From positions 201,399 through 265,398 of the forward strand of contig DAIDGV010000003.1 in the NCBI GenBank assembly GCA_027452205.1: a DNA stretch of 64,000 nucleotides, given 5' to 3'. A program made the position numbers and the translations under genes. This document shows positions 19,791 through 29,375 of this stretch, one piece after another. The notes under the pieces are model-generated. The model was not told where the DNA came from and did no database searches. It saw only the letters and a list, made by a program, of their open reading frames with translations. The DNA is from a candidate division FCPU426 bacterium (GTDB taxonomy: Bacteria; Oederibacteriota; Muellerivitia; Muellerivitales; Muellerivitaceae). Within the stretch, counting starts at the first letter, position 1, and each line of letters opens with the position of its first letter.

Positions 19791-21115
19791 GCTTTACCGT
19801 TCATATCGCGATCAACGATCGCGCAGGTCAATTCGGCTTCCACTGCCACTTGTCCATCCACGATGGCCTTACCGGCGATCTTGCCGATCTTAGCCCGAAC
19901 AAAGACCACATCCACTTCAAAGCGGATCTGATCGCCGGGAACGATGGGCTTTCGGAAACGGGCATTGTCTACCCCGGCAAGGTATAGGATTTTGCCTTGA
20001 TTGATCGGATCGCTCAAAAAGGTAGTACCACCGACCTGGGCCATAGCCTCTAAAATAAGGACACCCGGCATGATGGGGTGTCCAGGAAAATGCCCTTGGA
20101 AAAAGGGTTCGTTGATCGTCACGTTCTTGATACCGACCACCCTTTTCCCCGGTTCCAGCTCCAGTATCCGATCCACCAACAAGAACGGATAACGATGTGG
20201 CAACATCCCTTGGATTTGGACGATATCGAACATGGCAGTACCTCTTATGGAATTATTTGGGCTTCCCTCATGACCGAATTTCTTGAGGATCGCCTTGGCC
20301 AACTCAACGTGATAACGGTGACCGGCCTTTTTCACAGTTATTTTTCCAAGCAACGGACGGTTCAACAGGGTCAGGTCGCCCAAAAGGTCCAACGTTTTAT
20401 GACGGACCACTTCATCTTCAAATCGAAAGGGACCGTTCATGATTCCCGTTTTACCGATCACCATGGCGCAATCGAGATTGCCGCCCTTGATAAGACCTTG
20501 TTTTCGCAAATATTCAATTTCTTCCTCGAAACAAAAGGTGCGGGCTGCGGAAAGATCCTTTTCAAAGGAGCCAGTCTCAAGTTTGAAGATCCGATTCTGG
20601 TTCTCCAAGCCGGGATAAGGGAAGGATGTGGTGACATGAAGTTCCAGTTGGTCTGAGGGTTCCGCCTTTAGGTAAACATCGCCAAAACTCAGCTCAATAG
20701 ATTCGGTAACACGGATGGGTTCGATCGTTCCTTTTTGTTCAACTAAGCCAGCTCTTTCGAACATATGGCAGAATTTGACAGCGCTGCCGTCGAGGATGGG
20801 CATTTCCTCGGCGCTCATCTCCACCTTGAGGTTATTGATCCCAAATCCTGAGACCGTGGCCAAGAAATGCTCAATGGTATGGATGCTGGCATTCTTTTCA
20901 CCGCTCAGGGTAGTGCCTCGAGCGGTGCCACTGACACTTTCCGGACTTACTGTGATCCGGGCATCGAGATCGCTGCGAAAGAATTGGATGCCCGAACCTT
21001 CTGGCAGTGGTGATACTTTGACTTTACAATTCACACCAGTATGGAGGCCCGCCCCTTCGAACTCAAAGGCTCGGGCGATCGTCCTAGGATTAATGGTATT
21101 CCCGTTACTTTTCAT
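19787..21115 (-). CDS. lpxC: bifunctional UDP-3-O-acyl-GlcNAc deacetylase / 3-hydroxyacyl-ACP dehydratase (LpxC-FabZ fusion)
   Basis: N-terminal ~290 aa LpxC ([19 protein letters not shown]...). C-terminal ~150 aa FabZ hot-dog fold ([54 protein letters not shown]). Confidence 0.9.
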   Translation of the reverse strand: MKSNGNTINPRTIARAFEFEGAGLHTGVNCKVKVSPLPEGSGIQFFRSDLDARITVSPESVSGTARGTTLSGEKNASIHTIEHFLATVSGFGINNLKVEMSAEEMPILDGSAVKFCHMFERAGLVEQKGTIEPIRVTESIELSFGDVYLKAEPSDQLELHVTTSFPYPGLENQNRIFKLETGSFEKDLSAARTFCFEEEIEYLRKQGLIKGGNLDCAMVIGKTGIMNGPFRFEDEVVRHKTLDLLGDLTLLNRPLLGKITVKKAGHRYHVELAKAILKKFGHEGSPNNSIRGTAMFDIVQIQGMLPHRYPFLLVDRILELEPGKRVVGIKNVTINEPFFQGHFPGHPIMPGVLILEAMAQVGGTTFLSDPINQGKILYLAGVDNARFRKPIVPGDQIRFEVDVVFVRAKIGKIAGKAIVDGQVAVEAELTCAIVDRDMNGKA

Positions 21116-22148
21116 GGTCGTTCACGACCCTGATCTTTTCCAAGGCTTTTTCTAAAACCCTGATCCGTTTGATCAATTCTGGTAATTGGCGATAAGCTGC
21201 CACATTTTTCATTTCTTCGTTCATTTTGCACGAAGGCGAACCCCAATAAACGCCTTTTTCTAGGATGTCTTCCATGACGCCTGTGCGAGTCGCCAATGTT
21301 ACGTTATCACCGATCTTCAAGTGGCCGGCTAATCCAACCTGCCCACCCATGATCACGTTATTCCCCACTTGAGTGGAACCCGAAATACCTGTTAGAGCTG
21401 CCATTACGGTGTTTGAACCAATGACCACGTTGTGGCCGATCTGGATGAGGTTATCAAGCTTACTTCCCTTGCCAATGACCGTACTCCCTAAGACCGCGCG
21501 ATCCACGCAGACATTTGCACCCAGTTCCACATCATCTTCCAAGACAACATTACCCACTTGAGGGATCTTTTTATATTCTTCACCATCTTTGGCAAAACCA
21601 AAACCATCTGAACCCACCACAACTCCCGGCTGCAGGATGACTCGCTTGCCAAGAAAGCAATTTTCCCGAATGGTCACATTGGGATAAACGATACAGTCTT
21701 CGCCCACACGAACATTTTCACCTATGAAAACCCCTGGGTAAAGGACAGTCCGGGCACCGATTTGGGCGCCCTTAGAGATAACAACTCCTGCAGAAACGGA
21801 CGCCGTCAGATCCACCCGAGCACCCACTTCGACCCAAGCACCTGATTGGATGCCCTCAGGTCTTTTAGTTGGTGGATAAAAAAGGCCGATCACCTTCGCT
21901 AAAGCCGCATAAGGATTGGACGACAGCAAGAACGTCTTAGATATACCTGGCAATTCTTTGTCGGTCAGAATGACCGGAGACTTTGTTTGGGAAACAGACG
22001 AAGCATAACGGGAATTGGTGAGGAACGCCAGGTCGTTGGGGCCCGCTTTTTCCAAAGAGGAAACACCTGTTAAAACAATCGAAGCGTCACCCGTAAAGGT
22101 TGCACCTATTTCCCGGGCCAGTTGTTCCAAGGAAAAGGAATTAGGCAT
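21105..22148 (-). CDS. lpxD: UDP-3-O-(3-hydroxyacyl)glucosamine N-acyltransferase
   Basis: LpxD N-terminal domain plus hexapeptide-repeat beta-helix, 347 aa. Overlaps lpxC-fabZ by 11 nt. Confidence 0.9.
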   Translation of the reverse strand: MPNSFSLEQLAREIGATFTGDASIVLTGVSSLEKAGPNDLAFLTNSRYASSVSQTKSPVILTDKELPGISKTFLLSSNPYAALAKVIGLFYPPTKRPEGIQSGAWVEVGARVDLTASVSAGVVISKGAQIGARTVLYPGVFIGENVRVGEDCIVYPNVTIRENCFLGKRVILQPGVVVGSDGFGFAKDGEEYKKIPQVGNVVLEDDVELGANVCVDRAVLGSTVIGKGSKLDNLIQIGHNVVIGSNTVMAALTGISGSTQVGNNVIMGGQVGLAGHLKIGDNVTLATRTGVMEDILEKGVYWGSPSCKMNEEMKNVAAYRQLPELIKRIRVLEKALEKIRVVNDHEK

Positions 22149-22172
22149 AGGTAACGCTTCTCTCGATCAGAA

Positions 22173-22682
22173 CTATTTGGAATCCGAATCCGAACTCTTG
22201 TACGACTTCAACACTTCGTCCGTCAAGTCGACCGCATCCTTGGCATAGACCGTCTTTTCAGCATCCAAGACCATATCCACACCATCGTTCTTGGCGATCT
22301 TGGCCACGATGCCCTTGATCTCTTCTAAAAGGGTCTTAGTCATTTCTTGCTCTTTAGCGGCCAAATCGTTCTGGACCTGGCTTTCTTCGTCTTGGAAAGC
22401 CTTGGCCTTGGTGGCGTACTCTTCTTGCTTAGCCTTCATTTCTTTTTTGGAAAGGACCGAACCCGAGTCTTTCAAGGACTTTTCAATATCCCGGATCTCA
22501 TCGGCTTCGTCGGTTAATTTTTGCTTCTTTTCGTCGGCCATCGCATTAAACTTTTTTTGGGCCTTTTTGGTACCGGGGTATTCCTTGAACAATTGTTGAA
22601 GATCAACGGTGGCAACCTTGAAATCCTTGGCCATTGCCACAGAAGCGACTAAAAAACAGCAAATCAAAGTGAAGAAACGCAT
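22173..22682 (-). CDS. skp: OmpH/Skp periplasmic chaperone
   Basis: Signal peptide, 169 aa, K/E-rich coiled-coil protein directly upstream of lpxD. Confidence 0.8.
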   Translation of the reverse strand: MRFFTLICCFLVASVAMAKDFKVATVDLQQLFKEYPGTKKAQKKFNAMADEKKQKLTDEADEIRDIEKSLKDSGSVLSKKEMKAKQEEYATKAKAFQDEESQVQNDLAAKEQEMTKTLLEEIKGIVAKIAKNDGVDMVLDAEKTVYAKDAVDLTDEVLKSYKSSDSDSK

Positions 22683-22748
22683 AACGGCTCCTTGTGAAAA
22701 ATAAGCGTGATTCTAGCATGCGATTATCGAAGATAACAATGAAAGCTT

Positions 22749-22781
22749 AAAAAAAGCCCAACAACAAGGGTTGTTAGGCTT
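22749..22781 (-). terminator. Rho-independent terminator after the beta-helix protein gene
   Basis: Plus strand reads aaaaaaagcccaacaacaagggttgttaggctt. On the minus strand this is a GC-containing hairpin (one mismatch) followed by a 7-U tract. Confidence 0.5.
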
Positions 22782-22826
22782 GGAAGCATCACCTGAATTG
22801 AACGGTTAAATCTCGAAAAATTCGTT

Positions 22827-23909
22827 CTAGAGGAACAGCAATACCACCGTGACCACGGCCGTAGCGCCAACCGCCAGTATCTTCACTGCAGAAGAAGGCT
22901 TTTTCTTTTGGGCCTCCACATTGCTGATCTTCATAGCATCAAAAGGACGACCATAACTCCACAACTCTTCTTCCTCGATCTTGGGCTTTTCTTGGGCCTG
23001 AAGACTTGCAGAACTACTAGGCGCAACGGCCATCGGCTGTTGCATGGTCCCCATGGGCTGCTGGGCCGTCTGCATACCGACAAACGGCATAAAGGAAACA
23101 CGCCCCAATTGAGGGCTGTAAGCGCCATCGTAAATGGTTCGAAGGATCTGTTGGGCATCAACCATACGGAAATCGTTATTGGGACTGGACAAACTTTTTG
23201 CGGAATAGTTAACGATATTATATTTTAAATTGCTGTAAATACGGTTTCCCGAGATGTTGGGAGTTCCAAAGTCCTTTAAATAAAAACCATAATTATTGTT
23301 ATAGATATCGTTGCCAGTGATGATCGGGCTGGCGGTATCAGCCAATAAGATGATACCAATACCGTTGGCCGTGATACGGTTGCCCGTGATTTGCGGTTGA
23401 GAATTCAGGGCCACTTCAATGCCGCTCTTAGCGCCAAAGATCGCCGACTGGGAAATGACTGGCGACGAGGAATTACACACAATGCGTCCACCCTTGATCA
23501 AACAAGCTTGCAATAAACAGTTTGGTGAATCAGCGTTGTAAAAATAAATAGCACCCCATAAGGATCCGGCGACCCCCGGGTTGAACTGGATCGGGTCAAT
23601 AGGGGTTCCAACTGCCTTGATACCACCTTGGATGACCAAATTCGGGCCAGCTCCGACCGCACCATTATCTGGAGCGACAAAGCGGACTTCCACGCCGGGT
23701 GCGATGGTCAAGATGGCACCTTTTGAAACAACGATGTCATTTTGAAGAATATAAGGGCTGTTCTCTTTTGTCCAACTGGTCGAGGTCGAAATAGCGTCTT
23801 TTACATAAGTCGGACCTGCGGCACGGGCCTGGAATGACATAGAAAAAAAACAGAGGCACACCAAAAAAACATTTAAGAATTTCATTAAAAATGGCCTCGA
23901 AACGTTCAA
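22827..23909 (-). CDS. right-handed parallel beta-helix repeat protein with signal peptide and C-terminal transmembrane anchor
   Basis: Repeated G..I..N.I motifs (ITGNRITANGIGIIL, ITGNDIYNNNYGFYL, ISGNRIY). Q/P/M-rich linker. C-terminal KKKPSSAVKILAVGATAVVTVVLLFL. Confidence 0.55.
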   Translation of the reverse strand: MNVSRPFLMKFLNVFLVCLCFFSMSFQARAAGPTYVKDAISTSTSWTKENSPYILQNDIVVSKGAILTIAPGVEVRFVAPDNGAVGAGPNLVIQGGIKAVGTPIDPIQFNPGVAGSLWGAIYFYNADSPNCLLQACLIKGGRIVCNSSSPVISQSAIFGAKSGIEVALNSQPQITGNRITANGIGIILLADTASPIITGNDIYNNNYGFYLKDFGTPNISGNRIYSNLKYNIVNYSAKSLSSPNNDFRMVDAQQILRTIYDGAYSPQLGRVSFMPFVGMQTAQQPMGTMQQPMAVAPSSSASLQAQEKPKIEEEELWSYGRPFDAMKISNVEAQKKKPSSAVKILAVGATAVVTVVLLFL

Positions 23910-24067
23910 ATGTGTGAAAGCGAAAGTAGTCTAACAAAAGCCTTATTTATTTAAAAGTTTAAATTAACAAGGTTTCAAATTGGACCTATTGGGAGGTAAA
24001 TCGATTACTGTTGACCGGGCTCGAAATCATGAATAACACTGCAAAAGAACAAAACAAACCCAAACCA

Positions 24068-24538
24068 TTAGCCTTGAATGGCACTTGTCGAAGGAAGAAA
24101 TTCCACTCCTTTATCAAAATTCAAAAGAGAGATTATCCGTCCTTGTATATGGGCGACCCCAGTAATGAATCCGGCCCTGGGGTCGTTAGGATCAACTTTA
24201 GAGGGTTTTAAACAATTTACCTGAACATGCAACACTTGACGAATGGCATCCACCAACAACCCAACCATCCCGCCTTCACCCATGGCCGTGACCAAAATGG
24301 CACCTGTTCCTTTCCCCTCGTTTTTCCCTATACCAAAATGACAACGAAGGTCCAAAATTGACATCTTCTGGTTGCGCAGCTTAATCACGCCTTTCAAACA
24401 AGGGTTTTCAGCTTCAGTTTCGACGATGCCATCCGGACCCAATATCTCATGTACCCGATCGAATGCGATCCCATACTCCTCACGCCCCAAGGCAAAAGTA
24501 ATATAGGGCCCCGCCATATGATTCATTTCAGCGCTCAT
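24068..24538 (-). CDS. cheW: chemotaxis coupling protein CheW
   Basis: CheW domain: YITFALGREEYGIAFDRVHEI...GVIKLRNQKMSILDLRCHFG, 156 aa. Confidence 0.8.
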   Translation of the reverse strand: MSAEMNHMAGPYITFALGREEYGIAFDRVHEILGPDGIVETEAENPCLKGVIKLRNQKMSILDLRCHFGIGKNEGKGTGAILVTAMGEGGMVGLLVDAIRQVLHVQVNCLKPSKVDPNDPRAGFITGVAHIQGRIISLLNFDKGVEFLPSTSAIQG

Positions 24539-25023
24539 TCAGGCTCCTGCTCTATCCATAAACGAACCTCAACCGGCCAATTTTCGACAATGAAAGCACA
24601 GCAAGCGGTCGGTTCCTTATCGGGCCAATTTCGGGGTGTCGTGAACCTGGGCAGTTCCATTTTTAACAAACCCCAATTATTGCCCCAAAGATATGCCATC
24701 AAACGACCACTGAAGACATCGACAAATTCCTTGAAAACCTCGATCTCCGCGGATCTTAAGGCTTTCTTACCACCAACTTTTAACATCAATACTTTTGCGA
24801 CATCCGGAGTTGTTCGAACGTTCAAGAACCCCGTCGCATGACCCGAAAAACGAACCGAAAATTCCAATGGAAGCGGTGCCGGACCTTCTACCGGAACTCC
24901 GATATAGCGAGACGGAAGGTGCGCCCAAGATTCCATTACCGCAGTAACACCTTGCAAAATGGCATTCACTTCAATCTTGGGAAAATCACCGTATTCTTGT
25001 GGCGGTATGAAATAGGAAGGCAT
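24535..25023 (-). CDS. CheX-like protein (CheC/CheX/FliY phosphatase-family fold; active-site motif divergent)
   Basis: 162 aa with the order of secondary-structure elements expected for CheX. ELTN-like position reads EFVDVFSG. Overlaps cheW by 4 nt. Confidence 0.4.
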   Translation of the reverse strand: MPSYFIPPQEYGDFPKIEVNAILQGVTAVMESWAHLPSRYIGVPVEGPAPLPLEFSVRFSGHATGFLNVRTTPDVAKVLMLKVGGKKALRSAEIEVFKEFVDVFSGRLMAYLWGNNWGLLKMELPRFTTPRNWPDKEPTACCAFIVENWPVEVRLWIEQEPE

Positions 25024-25053
25024 CGGGCACCTGTCGGACCGGAATATGGATTA

Positions 25054-25081
25054 CCATGGTCAAACGCAAAGGCTGTGCCAA
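25054..25081 (-). promoter_or_regulatory. sigma54 (RpoN) -24/-12 promoter: TGGCAC-N5-TTGC
   Basis: Minus strand reads TGGCACAGCCTTTGCG (plus-strand gcaaaggctgtgcca at 25066-25080). Sits 43 nt upstream of the cheX-like start and directly downstream of the sigma54-dependent response-regulator gene. Confidence 0.6.
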
Positions 25082-25187
25082 AATGAAAATTGTTTATATT
25101 TAATGAATCGGTAGATTTTTATAGGTCTCGCGCAGAGAAGTGTTCAACTATTGGACAAAGAGCGTTCAATAATTGGACGTTCGACTT

Positions 25188-26540
25188 TTATCCCAGTCGG
25201 TATTTTTTGATCTTGCTCAGGAGTGTCGTGCGGCTTACGCCAAGATGTTCCGCAACTTTGGTTTTGTGTCCATTAAATGCCAACAAAGCTTTTTGGATAT
25301 TCTCCTTTTCCGCTTCGTCCCGACTCATGGGTTCAACAGAGGTCTTTCCTATCCCAGTCCTGACAGGGTTCGAGCGCACCGGAGCTGAGGGAAAATCTCC
25401 CGGAACTAATGCTTCAACACGGCAGGTCAAAACCGCACGTTCCATGGCATTCTTCAATTCTCTGACATTTCCTGGCCAAGCATAGTTTTTCAGGGCGGCG
25501 ATCACTTCCGTGGAAAGGGGCCGCAGTTTTTTGTTGAAGTCCTTGCAGAAATCATTGAAAAAGAACCGCGCCAAGCTTTCAATGTCTTCAGGTCGCGATT
25601 TAAGTGGGGGTAAAATGATATTCACGACATTCAGGCGGTAAAAAAGGTCCGCGCGAAAGGTGCCAGCTTCGACCGCCTGCTTCAAATCTCGATTGGTCGC
25701 CGCGATGATCCGGACATCGATCTTACTTTCTTGCAAACCTCCCAATCGGCGAATGGCTTTCTGTTCCAAAACCTTCAAAAGCTTCGTTTGTGCTGAAAGA
25801 GGCATCTCCCCGATCTCGTCCAGAAACACCGTTCCTCCATTAGCGACTTCAAAAAGTCCCGGCTTAGCCCTTCGAGCGTCAGTGAAGGCTCCCGCTTCAT
25901 AGCCGAACAGTTCAGCTTCTAAAAGATTTTCTGGCATCGCGCCACAGTGCAACTCCACGAAAGGCGCCGCCGTTCGGGCCGAAAGCACATGGATCAACTT
26001 TGCCACATGCTCTTTGCCCGTCCCCGTTTCGCCAGCTATCATAACGGTTACGGATGATTGCTGAGCGACTTGCTCGATCTGTTCATAAACCTTCTGCATG
26101 GTCGGATCCGGCAGGAAGAGATAATCCTTTTGGTACATGGCCTTTTGATGGCTCTTCATCGCCTCCAGGTCCCTACGCAATCCCCTTTTTTCGTTGAGTT
26201 TGTTCAAGACGATTTCTAGCTCATCCAGATTGAGCGGTTTAGCTAAGTAGTCCTCCGCTCCCCGTTTAATGGCCTCGACCGCCACTTTGACGTCCACATT
26301 GGCCGTGATTAAGACCACCGAAGCTTCCATTTTCATCTCTTGGAATTTTCTGAAAAAGTCCAAGCCTGTTCCATCCGGTAGATGGACATCAAGCAATATC
26401 GTGTCCGGATTGAACTCATTGGCTTTTTTCAATCCCTCGGCAACTGTAGCCGCCGAATCTACTTCGTACTTCAACTCTTGAAGAAAGGACAACAACATAT
26501 CCCGAATCGGTTTTTCGTCATCAACCAATAGAACTTTCAC
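25188..26540 (-). CDS. sigma54-dependent response regulator (NtrC family: REC + AAA+ sigma54-activator + Fis-type HTH)
   Basis: MKVLLVDDE receiver domain. Walker A GETGTGKE. GAFTDA motif and ESELFGHE-like ELFGYEAGAF region. C-terminal HTH (VAEHLGVSRTTLLSKIKKY). Confidence 0.9.
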   Translation of the reverse strand: MKVLLVDDEKPIRDMLLSFLQELKYEVDSAATVAEGLKKANEFNPDTILLDVHLPDGTGLDFFRKFQEMKMEASVVLITANVDVKVAVEAIKRGAEDYLAKPLNLDELEIVLNKLNEKRGLRRDLEAMKSHQKAMYQKDYLFLPDPTMQKVYEQIEQVAQQSSVTVMIAGETGTGKEHVAKLIHVLSARTAAPFVELHCGAMPENLLEAELFGYEAGAFTDARRAKPGLFEVANGGTVFLDEIGEMPLSAQTKLLKVLEQKAIRRLGGLQESKIDVRIIAATNRDLKQAVEAGTFRADLFYRLNVVNIILPPLKSRPEDIESLARFFFNDFCKDFNKKLRPLSTEVIAALKNYAWPGNVRELKNAMERAVLTCRVEALVPGDFPSAPVRSNPVRTGIGKTSVEPMSRDEAEKENIQKALLAFNGHKTKVAEHLGVSRTTLLSKIKKYRLG

Positions 26541-26541
26541 G

Positions 26542-29280
26542 TTAATCTCCTTCCAAAACGGGTAAGGACACGATGAATTCAGTCCCTTTCGAACGCATCT
26601 TTTTCAATTCGATCTTTCCCCCATATTCCTGAGCGATACGCTGACTGACGGCCAAACCCAGGCCAGACCCTGTTTTTTTTGTGGTAAAGAAAGGCTCAAA
26701 AATCCTTTTCACATTCTCATCCGTTATCCCAGGACCATTATCCTCGACGCTAACTTTTATAAAGGTCCCTTCCCGTTTCAACGCCAACTTTATCTTGTTT
26801 CCCTCGCCCAACGCCTGATAAGCGTTCAGGATCAAATTTACGAATATTTGTTGCAAACGTCCCAATTCTGCGTTTACCTGAAAATCTTCCTTCGGGGCAT
26901 TCCAATCGACCAGGATCTTCTGATGGGAAGGCCCAAACTGAACTTGGCTCAAGCGTAGCGCACTTTCTAGTGCGGCTCTCACCGAGACCGGCCCCACGTT
27001 CAGGACGGCATCCGGCTTAGCGAAGATCAAAGTATCCCGGACCAGTTTTTCAAGCCGGTCCGATTGTTCCAAGATCGTCTCCAATTGCCCATGATCTTCT
27101 TTAGGTTTTTTTCGTTTGAGTATCTGAGCCGCCACCGAGATGGCCGCCAATGGATTGCGTATCTCGTGGGCCATGCCCGCAGACATTTCTCCAATGGTCG
27201 AGAGCCTTTCCATTCGGATCAGGCTTTCTTCGGTCTTTTTCCGCTCCGTCAGGTCGCGGGCAACAACAGCCACCATTGGTAAGCCTTCGTAATGGATAAA
27301 AAAACTGACCACTTCAGCATAGACCTGTTCTCCATCTCTGCGGATAAAGACCTTTTCTTGAGGTGGATTATAATCGCCATGGTCCTTCAATTTACCGATC
27401 CTTTCGAGGATTACCGGCAGGTCCTTTTCACGAATGAACTCATTCGGTTTGAGACCCATTAGTTCTTCTGCTTTGGAATAACCCAAAAAACGAAGCATCG
27501 AATCATTGACATAGACCATTTTAGACGGCCTATCCATCGTGTGAATGATCACGCCATCGGGTGATTTTTCGATCAAATTCCGGAAATTCCTCTCGGACTG
27601 CCTCAGCGCTTCTTCGGCTTTTTTTCGCTCCGTCAGGTCGCGAGCGACCGCCACAGTCACAGGAACTCCCTCGAAGTAGATCATGAAACTAGCCACGTCA
27701 ACATACAATATGGCGCCATCTTTTCGAATAAACCGTTTTTCCTGCGGGGGATTGTAGTCGCCTGGATTTTTTAATTGTTTGATCCGCTCATGAACCGTTG
27801 CTTTATCTTCAGGATGGACAAAAAGAGTCGGAAACCTTCCAACCAACTCCCCGGGTTCGGAATAACCAAGCAAGTTGAGCATCGCATGATTAACATAGAC
27901 TGTCTTTTCAGGGGTATGAATCAAAATCGCATCCGGGGATCTTTCGATCAAATTGCGAAAACTGTGTTCGGACTTCCGCAGGGCTTCTTCGATCTTTTTT
28001 CGCGCGGTCAAATCCCAGAAATTGGTGATCCTAAGGATCTTTCCATTCATAATCAATTCAGCCCCGGTCGCTTCGATCGGAACAATCGAGCCGTTAGGGC
28101 GGATCACATTCAACTCGATCGCCTTCCCAAATTCACCCGTTCGAAGAAGGTCCAAAACGATGTTTTTAGAGTTTTCATCCAAATAATCCGCCGCGTTTTT
28201 TCCAACCATATCTTCCGGTTTATATCCCATCAATTCGGCGCCAGCTTTGTTCACATCAACGATGACACCATTATCATGAATAACGATACCTTCTTTCGAG
28301 ACCTCAGAAAACCGTTTGAACCGTTCTTGGCTTTCAATGATGGCTTGCTCCATTTTTTTCCGCTCTGTAATATCCCAGAGACTCACCACTCGAAGCTCTC
28401 TTCCCGAAAAGTTAAAATTGGTCCCATGTGCCTCTACCGGCAACCAATCGCCATTCTTCCGTTTCACTTTGATTTCGTAAGGCTTATCGGTATATCCTTC
28501 AAGCCTGAACTTTCGAACCAATTCCAGGGACTGGGCGTCAATGAATTCGTCCGATTTTTTTCCGATAAGATCCGACCTAGAATATCCGGTCATATCCGAA
28601 AGCGCTTGATTGAAATCGATGATCGCTCCCTTGTCGTGGATCAAGATGCCTTCCCTCGTGACCTCCGCGAATCTTTCGAATCTTTCCCGGCTTTCTTTTA
28701 AAGCCTTTTCTATTTTCTTTCGTTCGGTCAAGTCCCATATCTTGACCAACCGCATGGTCTTGCCGTGCCACAAAGTATCCATCCCGTGGGTTTCAGCCGA
28801 AACCAAAGTTCCATTAGCATGCTTTAACGTGATCTCAAAGGTCTGCATCGGTATCTCGCCCGATCGGATCTTTTTGATGAACTCCGCTGACTTGTCATCC
28901 ACAAAGAAAAGACTGTCTCTCCCGACGAAGTCCCTTGTTTCAAGCCCCACCATTTCCGCAAGCGCTTGGTTCACCTCCACGATCACGCCCCTATCATGGA
29001 TCAAAAGACCTTCGCGAGTGGCGTCCGCGAATTTTTTGTACCGTTCCTGACTTTCCAGCAATTGCGCTTCTCGTCTATAAAGATGTTGCATCTTGACTCT
29101 ATAATAAATGCCGAAAACCCACCCCTCTATCGCGACCAGTGTTTCCAAAAGGTATAAATAGAGATCACGGCTGGTATGAATGTAGGAACCTAAAAGACAA
29201 ATTAGAAAAACGACACTCAGAATAATATTGAGGATCATTAAAAGATCGCGGCGAGTGATCGGCTGGATGTGTTCTTTCAT
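26542..29280 (-). CDS. membrane-anchored sensor histidine kinase with about six tandem PAS domains + HisKA + HATPase_c
   Basis: 2 N-terminal TM helices. Repeated ~120-aa units ending in TERKK.E.AL. H-box MAHEIRNPLAAI. G-boxes in ...GSGLGLAVSQRIAQEYGGKIEL. Stop is 2 nt before the response-regulator start. Confidence 0.85.
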   Translation of the reverse strand: MKEHIQPITRRDLLMILNIILSVVFLICLLGSYIHTSRDLYLYLLETLVAIEGWVFGIYYRVKMQHLYRREAQLLESQERYKKFADATREGLLIHDRGVIVEVNQALAEMVGLETRDFVGRDSLFFVDDKSAEFIKKIRSGEIPMQTFEITLKHANGTLVSAETHGMDTLWHGKTMRLVKIWDLTERKKIEKALKESRERFERFAEVTREGILIHDKGAIIDFNQALSDMTGYSRSDLIGKKSDEFIDAQSLELVRKFRLEGYTDKPYEIKVKRKNGDWLPVEAHGTNFNFSGRELRVVSLWDITERKKMEQAIIESQERFKRFSEVSKEGIVIHDNGVIVDVNKAGAELMGYKPEDMVGKNAADYLDENSKNIVLDLLRTGEFGKAIELNVIRPNGSIVPIEATGAELIMNGKILRITNFWDLTARKKIEEALRKSEHSFRNLIERSPDAILIHTPEKTVYVNHAMLNLLGYSEPGELVGRFPTLFVHPEDKATVHERIKQLKNPGDYNPPQEKRFIRKDGAILYVDVASFMIYFEGVPVTVAVARDLTERKKAEEALRQSERNFRNLIEKSPDGVIIHTMDRPSKMVYVNDSMLRFLGYSKAEELMGLKPNEFIREKDLPVILERIGKLKDHGDYNPPQEKVFIRRDGEQVYAEVVSFFIHYEGLPMVAVVARDLTERKKTEESLIRMERLSTIGEMSAGMAHEIRNPLAAISVAAQILKRKKPKEDHGQLETILEQSDRLEKLVRDTLIFAKPDAVLNVGPVSVRAALESALRLSQVQFGPSHQKILVDWNAPKEDFQVNAELGRLQQIFVNLILNAYQALGEGNKIKLALKREGTFIKVSVEDNGPGITDENVKRIFEPFFTTKKTGSGLGLAVSQRIAQEYGGKIELKKMRSKGTEFIVSLPVLEGD

Positions 29281-29375
29281 ACGATGACTAGCATATCTAA
29301 ATTGGGTCGAAATGGGTATTCAGGCATCGGCCACAAACCATTAGTTTAAAACGGTTTTGTCCCGGCCAGACATCT

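Noticed and set aside
27775-28701. 308-aa plus-strand ORF (and shorter ones at 27064, 27953, 28610, 28966)
   Set aside because: Antisense to the PAS histidine kinase gene; repetitive low-complexity translation mirroring the PAS repeats. Not coding.
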